Positions 51,669 through 61,458 of a stretch of DNA of 64,000 nt are shown piece after piece (positions within the stretch are counted from its first letter, which is position 1; every line of letters starts with the position of its first letter). The notes beneath the pieces were generated by a model, which saw only the letters and a list, made by a program, of their open reading frames with translations, was not told the DNA's origin and did no database searches. The translations under genes and the position numbers were made by a program. The DNA comes from Squalus acanthias (Eukaryota): the NCBI GenBank assembly GCA_030390025.1, contig CM059431.1, positions 150,662,001-150,726,000 of the forward strand. Reading direction: 5' to 3'.

Positions 51669-52690
51669 TGTTAGATTAGGTTCACCTCAAGTAATATTAG
51701 AGTAAAGTCACCAAATGTAATGTTCGAGTAGGATCATCACCATTAATGTTCGAGTAGAGTCACCACCAGTTGGAGTAGGTTCAGCACCAGTATTATTAGA
51801 GTAGGGTAACTTCCAGTAATGATAGAGTAGGGTCACCACCAGTAATGTTGGAGTAGGGTCATCACCAGTAATGATAGATTAGGGGCACCACCAATAATGT
51901 TAGAATAATGTCACCTCCAATAATGTTACAGAATGGTTACCACCAGTAACGTTACAGTAGGGTCACCACCAGTAACGTTAGAGTATGGCCACCTCCAGTG
52001 CTGTAGAGTAGATTCACCAACAGTACTTTTAGAGTATATACAACACCAGTAATGTTAGAGTGGGGTCACCACCAGTAATGTTGGAGTAGGGTCACCATCA
52101 GTAATGTTAGAAAATGGTCACCACCAGCAATGATAGATAAAGGTCACCACCAGAAATGTTAGAGGAGGGTCACCACTATTAATGTTAGAGTAGAGTCACC
52201 ACCAGTAATATTGGAGTTCACCACCAGTAATGTAAGTGTAGGGTCACCATCAGTAATGATAGAGTCGGGTCACCACCAGTAATGTTAGAGTAGAGCGCCA
52301 CCTATAATGTTAGAGTAGATTAGCACCAATATAGTTATAGAATGGTATCCAACAGTAATGACAGGTAGAGAAACCACAAATAATGTGAAAGCAGATTAGA
52401 TTAATCTCACCACCATTAATTTTAGATTAGATTCACCACCATTAATGTTCGAGTAGGTTCACCTCCAGTAATGTTAGTGTCGAATCAATACCTGTAATGT
52501 TAGAGAATAGTCACCAAAATTAATATTATAGTAGAGTCAGCACCAGTAGTGTTAGAGCAGGGTCACCACCAGTAATGTTAGTGTGCGGTCACCACTAGTA
52601 ATGTCAGAGCAGGGTCACCACCAGTAGGGTTACAGCAGGGCCAACACCAGTAATGTTAGTGAAAGGTCACCACCAGTAATGTTAGAGTAT
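51669..52690 (+). repeat. 26-bp minisatellite array, right arm block 2
   Basis: Same monomer; shares diagnostic variant units with 40890-41330. Confidence 0.95.
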
Positions 52691-53672
52691 TCCTGTGTCC
52701 TCGTCCCAAACTCCATCAGCTGCTTCATCAATGACATTCCCTCCAACATAAGGTCAGAAATGGGGATGTTCGATGATGACTGCACAGTGTTCAGCGCCAT
52801 TCATAACTCCACAGATAATGAAGCAGTCCGTGCCCTCATGCAACAGGACCTGGACGACGATCAGGCTTGGGCTGATAAGTGGCAGGTAACATTCGCGCCA
52901 CAGAAGTGCCAGGCAATGACTATCTCCAACAAGCGAAAGTCTAACCACATCACCTTCGCATTCAATGGCATTACCAGTGCCGAATCCCCCACTATCAACA
53001 TCCTGGGTGTCACCATTAACCAGAAAATTAATTTAACCAGCCAAATAAATAATGTGGCAACAAGAGCAGGTCAGACGCTAGGTATTCTGCGGCGAGTGTC
53101 TCACCTCCTTAATCACCAAAGCCTTTCCACCATCTACAAGGCACAAGTAAGGAGTGTGATAGAATACTGTCCACTTGCCTGGATTAGTGCAGCTCCAACT
53201 ACACTCAAGAAGCTCGACACTATCCAGGACTAAGCAGCCCGCTTGATTGGCACCCCATCCACCACCTTAACATTCACTCCCTCCACCATCGGCGTACAGT
53301 GGCTGCAGTGTGTACCATCTACAAGATGCAATGCAGCAATTCGCCAAGGCATCTTCAGCAACACCTCCCAAACCCGCGACCACTTCCACCTAGAATGACA
53401 AAAGCAGCAGGCGCATGGGAATACCACCACCTCCGAGTTCCCCTCCAAGTCACACACTATTCTGACTTAGAATTATATCGCCGAAACTTCATCGTCATGG
53501 GTCAACATCCTGGAACTCCCAACCTAACAGCACTTTGGGAGTACCATCAACACACGGACGGCAGCGGTTCAAGAAGACGGCTCACTACAACCTTCTGAAG
53601 GGCAACTAGGAATGGGCAATAAATGCTGGCATTGCCACTGACATCCGGATCCCATAAAGGATTTTAAAAAAA
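52691..53672 (+). mobile_element. CR1/L2-group LINE 3' fragment, copy 2 (no hAT insertion)
   Basis: Same 5' truncation point (TCCTGTGTCCTCG) as copy 1; single ATCTACAA at the hAT target position (~53317). Confidence 0.9.
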
Positions 53673-55060
53673 TGTTAGATTAGTGTCACCTCAAGTAATA
53701 TTAGAGTAGAGTCACTAACAGTAATGTTAGAGTAGGATCATCACCATTAATGTTCCAGTAGAGTCACCAGCAGTAATGTTAAAGTAGGGTCACCACCAGT
53801 AATGTTAAAGAAGGGTCACCACTAGTAACGTTAGAGTAGAGTCAGCACCAGTATTGTTAGAGTAGAGTCACCACCAGTAATGTTAGACTAGAGTCACCAG
53901 AAGTAATATTAGTATTGAGTCACAACCAATAATGTTAGAGTAGAGTCAGCAGCAGGAATGTTAGAATACGTTCATGTCCAGTAATTTTAGAGTAGATTCA
54001 CCATCAAAAATGTTAGAATAGAGTCACCACCGGTAATGTTAATGTAGAGTCACCACCACTAATCTTAGAGTAGAGTCACCACCAGTAATGTAGAGTAGAG
54101 TCACCAACAGTAATGATAGATTAGAATCAGCAGCAGTAATCTTAGAGTAGAGTCACCACCAGTAATGAAGAGTAGAGTCATCAACAGTAATTTAAGAGTG
54201 GACTTACCACCGCTAATGATAGTGCAGAGTCACCACAAGTAATGTTTGAGTAGAGTCAAAACCAGTAATTTTCGAAAAAAGTCACCACCAGTAATGTTGG
54301 AGTAAATTCGCCACCAGTAATGTTAAAGTAGAGTCACCAACAGTAATGTTAGTGCAGAGTCACCACAAGTAATGTTAGAGTAGAGGCACCACCAGTAATG
54401 TTAGAGCAGAGTCACCACCAGTAATGTAGAGTAGAGTCACCACCAGTAATGTGAGTAGAGTCACCACCAGTAATGTTCGAGAAAGGTCACCACCAGTAAT
54501 GTTAGAGTAGAGTCACCACCAGTAATGTTAGAGTAGTCACCACCAGTAATGTGAGTAGAGTCACCACCAGTAATGTTCGAGAAAGGTCACCACCAGTAAT
54601 GTTAGAGTAGAGTCACCACCAGTAATGTTAGAGTAGTCACCACCAGTAATGTTAGAGTAGAGTCACCACCAGTAAGGTTAGAGTAGATTCACCACCAGTA
54701 ATGTTAGAGTAAAGTAACCACCAGTAATGTTAGAGTAAATTCGTCACCAGTAATATTAGAGTAGAGTCACCACGATTAATGTTAGAGTAAAGGCACCACC
54801 AGTAATGTTAGAGTAAAGTAACCACCAGTAAGGTTAGTGTAGAGTCACCACGATTAATGCTAGAGTCGAGTCACCACCAGTAATGCTGGAGTAGTATCCC
54901 CACCAGTAATGTTAGAGTAGGTTCACCACCAGTAATGTTAGAGTAGGTTCACCACCAGTAATGTTAGAGTAGGTTCACCACCAGTAATGTTAGAGTAGAT
55001 TCACTACCAGTAATGTTAGAGTAGGTTCACCACCAGTAAGGTTAGAGAAGGGTCACCTCC
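53673..55060 (+). repeat. 26-bp minisatellite array, right arm block 3 (most homogeneous)
   Basis: Near-consensus GTCACCACCAGTAATGTTAGAGTAGA monomers. Confidence 0.95.
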
Positions 55061-55386
55061 ATTTATCATCATGGAGCAAACCTAAATTTAACTTTCTAGT
55101 GGATGAGTTAAGATTTCACGAATCATTACGAGGATCAAGTAACCGAACGCAGTGCCCGTGTGGGAAGTTCCCTTTGGGGATCAGGGTGCTTGTGCACAGT
55201 ACACTCCATCTGCTATGAGTTCCCGTTCATTAATTTGAATTGATGAGTTTCATGAGCTGATTTGTAAAATGTACCCTTTGTTGTCCCAGGCACACTGAAG
55301 CGGAACATCTTGCCTTGTTGGTTTAGTGACTGTAAGTGACGCCAATTGTCGTGTGACTAATATTTTCACCGGGGCACCGAGTATTC

Positions 55387-55393
55387 TATAAAA
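55387..55393 (+). promoter_or_regulatory. TATA box of GPCR copy 2
   Basis: TATAAAA ~85 bp upstream of the ATG, with CCAAT at ~55342; position conserved in copy 1. Confidence 0.55.
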
Positions 55394-55471
55394 GGACAGT
55401 GTTTATGGATCGCATGTACACTCTGACGCTAGCCATACTGCCGGACAGAAGTCACATATTCTTCGAAAAAA

Positions 55472-55541
55472 ATGTTGCTGCCAACAATTCAAATGGTCAG
55501 CATCATTTACTATCCAGCTCTCGCAGCCTTTGGCATTCCCG
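55472..55541 (+). pseudogene. GPR139-like GPCR exon 1 (copy 2)
   Basis: MLLPTIQMVSIIYYPALAAFGIP then canonical G|GTAAGT donor (phase 1, within TM1). Confidence 0.85.
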
Positions 55542-56373
55542 GTAAGTCAGTTAATCCTGTTGTCTAATGGCTGTTGACTATCTCAGTGTTAATGATTATG
55601 TAATGATTCCTAGAATGTCCTCATTGCAGAGTCACTTATCCATCGGGATAAGTTGGTGAATGTCAATGGGAATCCAACCAGTCCACGCGGCTGGTGCGGC
55701 TGGTCGGTAGATCGTGGGTGCCGGGCGCTCGCCTTTGCTCCCTGTACTGAGGGAGGGCGAAGCTGACATGCCCCGGCTCCTCCAACAGTATAGAGATCAC
55801 TACAGGATGTGTTGCTTCCTGTGGATAGTAATCACATCAGTTGTACACTTGTACCCTGTTTATTTTACGTTGATAATTGCTCGGACTGCAGCCACCTCCA
55901 TCAAAGAGGGGACTTTGAAAGATACTTTCAGCAATAGTTGCCGCTCAGGAGCTGCTCCACTCCCCTCGGCTCCAAAGAACATTCGCGTCTCCACCAGCTC
56001 CCGCTCTGTTACCGAGCAGCTCCCCCACCCTCCCAGGGCGATTGTACATAGAAAAAGCGCAGAGTTTCGACCTAAATTCAATTATGTTCTCGCAACTGAA
56101 TGCTTCGTTTGAATTTATATCTTTGCAGTAATTGCTGTGAAAATATACTTGATATTTGTCGATGTGTGTCTGAAGTCTGCAGGGAAGGGCGGCGGATTTT
56201 CAGTCCCTCTATATTGATTGTTCAAAGTTTTTTTTAAAAAAGCTCTTCGTTAACGCTCGCCTATATAATTAAAAATCCGCCTGCACAGGGACACATCTGC
56301 ACATTTCCCCACAATATGGTGTGAGATTTATCGACTGTGCCCATTACTGACCGCTTGTCACTCTTTCTTACAG

Positions 56374-57275
56374 CGAACCTACTGACAATCGTGATTCTCT
56401 CCGGAGGAAAATGTGGTCTATCCAAATGTATCTCTGTCTACATGGTGGCCATGGCAACAGCAGATCTACTGTTCATGATCGTCAATGTGCTGCTGTACCG
56501 TGTTTTTACATATCACTTTCCAAAGTCATTCCTCAGTTAAACTGCCGCCTGTAGGTTGCTTATATACTTGAATGCTGCTGCCCTCGATATGTCCGTGTGG
56601 TTTACCGTCACCTTCACATTCGACCGCTATGTCGCGATAAGTTGTGAGAAGATTAAAACGAAATATTGCACAGTCAGAACTGCGGCCGTCGTCATAACAA
56701 CGGTCTCTGTTCTGCTCTGCTTGGACAATATCCCCTATTCGTTTGCATATGAAACTGACCGAATAATTAACAATATTCACTGGGGTTGCCGCTTGAAAAT
56801 TGGCTTTTTTACCACGTCTGTTGGTACAGCATTCATCTGGTTAGAAAGTGTTTTAAGTGTAGGGCTTCCTTTCGCTTTGGTATTACTGTTTAATTGTTTG
56901 ACAGTCAGACGTATTTTAGTGGCCAGTAGAGCCCGCAGGAGTCTCCGGGGTCACAGCAGTGAGAATCAGAGCGACCCAGAGATGGCGAGCCGGAGGAAAT
57001 CCATCATTTTACTGTTCAGTGTAACAGGCAGTTTTATAGTGTTGTGGCTGACATGTATCGTTAGTTATGCAATTAACACCCTGGTCATTTTTGATCGTAG
57101 CGATTATACATCTCCTGCATACATCGCCTCTGCGACCGGATTTATGCTCATGTATTTGAGCTCCTGTACAAACATGTGCATTTATGCAGCGACCCAAACC
57201 AAATTCAGGGAAGAGCTGGTGAGATTAGTGAAAGCTCCCTGGACATTGATTCGGAACTTGGTTAACAAAATATGA
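56374..57275 (+). pseudogene. GPR139/GPR142-like GPCR exon 2 (copy 2), intact except one nonsense codon
   Basis: Acceptor TTACAG|CG; ANLLTIVILS, AMATADLL, FDRYVAI, RRKSIILLF, TNMCIYAATQTKFR. In-frame TAA at 56538-56540, where copy 1 has TAC (Tyr). Confidence 0.9.
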
Positions 57276-57469
57276 AGATCAAACCAGAGCTTCCTATCCT
57301 AACTAGAGCTTAATTGCAGATCGTATTCAGTTTAGAATGGCCTTCTTTCAGTTGGGACGAAAACCAGATTATTGTTGCGAAAATGAACAGGTATCAGGAA
57401 ACATTTCTTCCATTTTGTGCCGTGTGTTTGATGTCTGCTGCTTTCCCCGGGTGTACATAATCGTTTCTA

Positions 57470-59220
57470 GCCTATCGAAACCCGTCATAATCTCGTCCAC
57501 CTCTATCAAATCAGGCCTCAACCTCCTTTGCACTCATGAAAACAAATCCTGCTTCTCCAACCTGTCCCTGTAGATAAGATCCCCCATTCCCGGAACCATT
57601 CTGGTACTTTGTCAAACGCCTTCCTAAAACCGATGTCGAAAACTTCCATTGCATTCAATCATCAATCCTTTCTGTTACTTCATTTAAAAATTCAGTTAGA
57701 TTAATAAAACACCTTCAGCCTTTTACAAATCCATTTTGGCTCTCCTTAATTAGCTTAAACCTCTCTTAAAGTGCCTGTTAATTTTTTCCTTCATTATTGT
57801 TTCTAAAACTTTCCCCACCACTGATGTTCAGCTGACTGGCCTGTTGTAACTAGGATTGTCCTTACACCCTTTCTTGAACAATGGTGTCACATTTGCCACT
57901 TTCCAATCCTCGGGCATCTCTGCGCATCTAGGGAAGACTGGAAAATTATGGCAAGCCCTTCCGCTAACTCCTTCCCCAATTCCCTTAGCAACTTGGGATG
58001 CAAGCCATCTGGACCAGGCGACTTGTCCACTCTAAGTATACCCAGCCCTTTTTGTACATTCTGTCTATTAATTCGCAATCCTTTCATTGCTTATAACGTT
58101 TCCACTTCTACCGATATTGTGTCAGCATCCACCTCTTTAGTAAACACCGATACAAAGTGCTCACTGTGTATTCTAGCCTTTCCCTGCGCTTCTAAGCATA
58201 TATCGCCTTCTTTGTCTCTGATAGGCACCACCTCTTACTCTTTACATGCCAGTAGAAGATTTTTGTGTTCCCTTTTATGGAAACTGCCATTCTACTCTCA
58301 TATTCTCTCTTTGCCAATCTTACTTTCATCTTCACTTCCCCTCTCAACTTATTGTATTTGGTCTCGTTCTCCCTTGAAGAATTCACCTGACATGCATCAT
58401 AAATCCTCTTTTTTTCTTTCATCATCTTCTCTATCTCCCTCGTCATCCAAGGAGCACTTGCTTTGTTTTCCTTACCCTTCCATCTTGTTGGAATGTACCT
58501 AGCCTGTACTTGGAACATCTCCTCCTCAAAGATAACCCATTGTTCCCATATAGTTTTTCCTGTCAGTCTTCCCCTGGCTAGAACTTTTCGCATCTCATTG
58601 AAGTTAGCCCTATTCCAGTTTAGAAGTTCAAATCTAGATTGTTCTTTGCTCCTTTCCATTGTTAATCTAAATCTTATGATATGATAATTCCTCGGACCGA
58701 AGTCTTCTCCTACAGACACTTCGTCGATCTGCCCACCTCATTCCCCAGCACCAGATCCAGCAATGCCTCTTGCCTAGTTGGGCCAAAAACATACTGGTCA
58801 AGTAAAATCTCCTGAACACATTTCAGAAATTCCTCGCCCACCTTTCCCTTTACCCTATCATTATCCAATCGATATGTGGGTGATTAAAGTCGCTCAATAT
58901 CACCACTCTATATCTCTTGCATATCTCTGCGATTTCCCTGCAGATTTGCTCCTATACCTTCCTCTGACTATTTGGAGGCCTGTAGAATACTCCCAATAGT
59001 ATGATCCTCAACTCTAACCAAGTGGTTTCGGTCCTTGTCGCCTCAAGAACATCCTCCCTTTCCACCACTACAATGTCTTCCTTAATCAGCACTGCCACTC
59101 GACCTCCCTTTTTCCCTTCCCTATCTTTTCTGAACAACGTGTACCCTTGAATGATAAGTGGCCTGTCCTCGCCGTTGTTAAGCCACGTTTCCATTATTGC
59201 CACAACGTCATATTTGTGCC
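57470..59220 (-). mobile_element. Degraded CR1 ORF2 (endonuclease to RT start, internally deleted)
   Basis: AIMETWL..RKDREGKKGG..FYRPPN and DKSPGPDGLHP on the minus strand. Confidence 0.88.
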
Positions 59221-59282
59221 CATCTCTCTGCCAAGCTAGTTGAAACCCACTGAAAGTCGCTGTGATATAATAAAAGGCGCGA

Positions 59283-59354
59283 GCCCAGATAGCACAGTCG
59301 GTGAAACATCAGGCTTTTAATCTGAGGTTCAGGGTTCAAGTTCCTGTACGAACG
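59283..59354 (+). pseudogene. tRNA-Lys(TTT) pseudogene
   Basis: GCCCAGATAGCACAGTCGGTGAAACATCAGGCTTTTAATCTGAGGTTCAGGGTTCAAGTTCCTGTACGAACG; stem mismatches; T-run downstream. Confidence 0.82.
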
Positions 59355-59754
59355 CTGCTTTTAAATTAAAATTCTCAATTCCACCTTTCAGGCAACCCAC
59401 TGAAGCACAAACCGTTCATGCTGATCTCATTAACGTATTTGAAAGATTTGTCTCAGTGGCGGTGCTTTAAGATACATTGAGCGGTAGTTTCGAGATGATC
59501 AATTCCTATTTTCATGCAGCTCCATGAAACACGAGCGTATCAAGCTGCTCTTCCCTGTTGTCTCAATAAAACGTCTTAATATGTGTTACATATTTGTCAC
59601 AACCCCTGAATTTTGAAATATATTACGTTTTCAAGTATTTACTTACTCTATGTTGAACCGTTGCAAGTAAACGTATGATTCTTTTGATGGGGTATTTTAT
59701 AATGTCACTGTTTTGAATTGTAAATTTAGGAGTTGTCTTCACTGTAAAAATCAG

Positions 59755-59827
59755 CGCCCGACCAGGGACTTGAACGCTTAACCCTCAGATTAAAAGTCGG
59801 ATGCCCGACCGAATGAACTACCCGGTA
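59755..59827 (-). pseudogene. tRNA-Lys(TTT) pseudogene
   Basis: Plus strand CGCCCGACCAGGGACTTGAACGCTTAACCCTCAGATTAAAAGTCGGATGC.. is the reverse complement of a degenerate tRNA-Lys(TTT). Confidence 0.8.
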
Positions 59828-60199
59828 TCATGCCTGTAAACTATCACAGCGACATTCACTGACTGACATTCAACATTACATCGTTCACATCCTTCTGCAC
59901 AGATCCCGTCTGTACAGCGGATTTCTCTCACACCCACACTTCACCAATACCCTGCCCCACCAGCACTGTCTACACGCTCTTTACTGTTTTATGTTTTCTG
60001 GAGCTGCGTGAGTGAAAGTAAAAATGGATAATCGTGAGCTAACTGCTACTTTAAGGAGAGGGCAAAGATGGGCAAAACATGTCAGTATCAGACCCATTAG
60101 GAAATCTTTGCAAATGCACGCACTGGGAACTGGTGAGCAGGACTGAACACGGACACGGGGTGGGGGGGGGGGCGGAATGCAAGCAAAGCTTCAAATGCA

Positions 60200-60806
60200 A
60201 CTATGTGCGAAAATGGGAAAAGAGCCGATGCGATCTTTGTCTTTATTAGCAGAGGCCTCTTGTAATAATGCTAGACCTTTATAAAATACTACTTAGACCC
60301 CAACTGGAGTATTGTGTCCCAATCTGGGCACCACACTTTAGGAAGGATGTGGGATACAGAGGAGATTCACTGGAATGTTCCCAGGGATGAGGGTCTTCAG
60401 TTACGTGGGGAGAGGAGAGAAATTGGGGTTGCTCTCCTTCGAGCAGAGAAGGTTAAAAGATTGAGTCCAGGTGTTTAAAATGATGAAGAGTTTTGATAGA
60501 CTAAAGAAGGAGAAACTCTTTCCAGTAGCAGGGGGCTCGGTAACCAGAGGACACAGACTGAAGGTGATTGGCTAAAGAACCAGCAGCGAGATGAGGAGAA
60601 CTTTTTGTGTGCAGTGAGTTGTTATGATCTGGAATGCACTGCCTGAAAGGGTGGTGGAAACAGAATCAATGGTAACTTTCAAAATAGGATTGGATATACA
60701 CTTGAAGGGGAATATTTTACAGAGCTACGGGGAAAGGACAGGGGAGTGGGACTAATGAGATAGCTCTTTTAAAGAGCTGGCACAGGCACAATGGGCCGAA
60801 AGGCCT
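60200..60806 (+). mobile_element. Degraded CR1 3' fragment
   Basis: Sequence for LRPQLEYCVPIWAPHFRKD and IWNALPERVVE. Confidence 0.8.
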
Positions 60807-60809
60807 TGT

Positions 60810-61458
60810 AAAAGCTTTAAAGATAAACCAAATTTTAAAGGAGAATCTGAATGCCTCCAGTGAGGCCGCACGAAATGATGTTTGTGTAATGTATGGATCT
60901 TGGTTCGTGGTAGAAGCCCGTGAAAACCTGCAGAGCACTGCTGAGGGGAACTCCTCTTGTGGGTGACTGATCGACAGCTGAGGGCAATGTCCACTTCTCA
61001 ATTTACCATGAATATGTGTAAAGTCAGGGGGTTGGTACAGGTGTACCATGAAACATTACCAACATTTACAGAAACAGAACTATATCATCTTATTAGGGAT
61101 GGTATTGTATTATCCCATCCTGCACGAAAAGGCAACCCTAAATCCTCTATTCCGTGTGGAGAATATAGCAGTACGACAGGGAGACGACTTAATAAGGTAT
61201 GACGAACCCCCGCAGTATGTGACCCGGGTGGAGGGGACCACATGGGTGGCCCCAGATCTTACCGGGTGCGCTCAAGCTCGGGATACATGCATCTGCCCTT
61301 ATGACGTGGTAGAACACGCAGCACATGCGTGTGGATTTGATTGGGATGGGATACAATGGAACCGCACCATGAAAATAGTTGTAGGAAAGCTCTTCCCCGT
61401 ACAGTCTGCGTACCGAGGAAAAGGTAAGTATTGTGTCAACATCATACACCGGGAATAC
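60810..61458 (+). pseudogene. Possible retroelement envelope/viral fusion glycoprotein fragment (frameshifted)
   Basis: Non-CR1 Cys-patterned ORF: PLFRVENIAV..PPQYV..PDLTGC..CICP..HACG..YRGKGKYCV, bounded by CR1 pieces. Recognised by pattern only. Confidence 0.45.

Noticed and set aside
34540..55060. 26-bp repeats as a CRISPR array
   Set aside because: Monomers are head-to-tail with no unique spacers, no cas genes, and the context is eukaryotic; this is a minisatellite.
55714..56112. 132-aa ORF upstream of GPCR exon 2
   Set aside because: Lies in the intron, has no recognisable motifs, and the frame is not evidently preserved in the paralogous intron.
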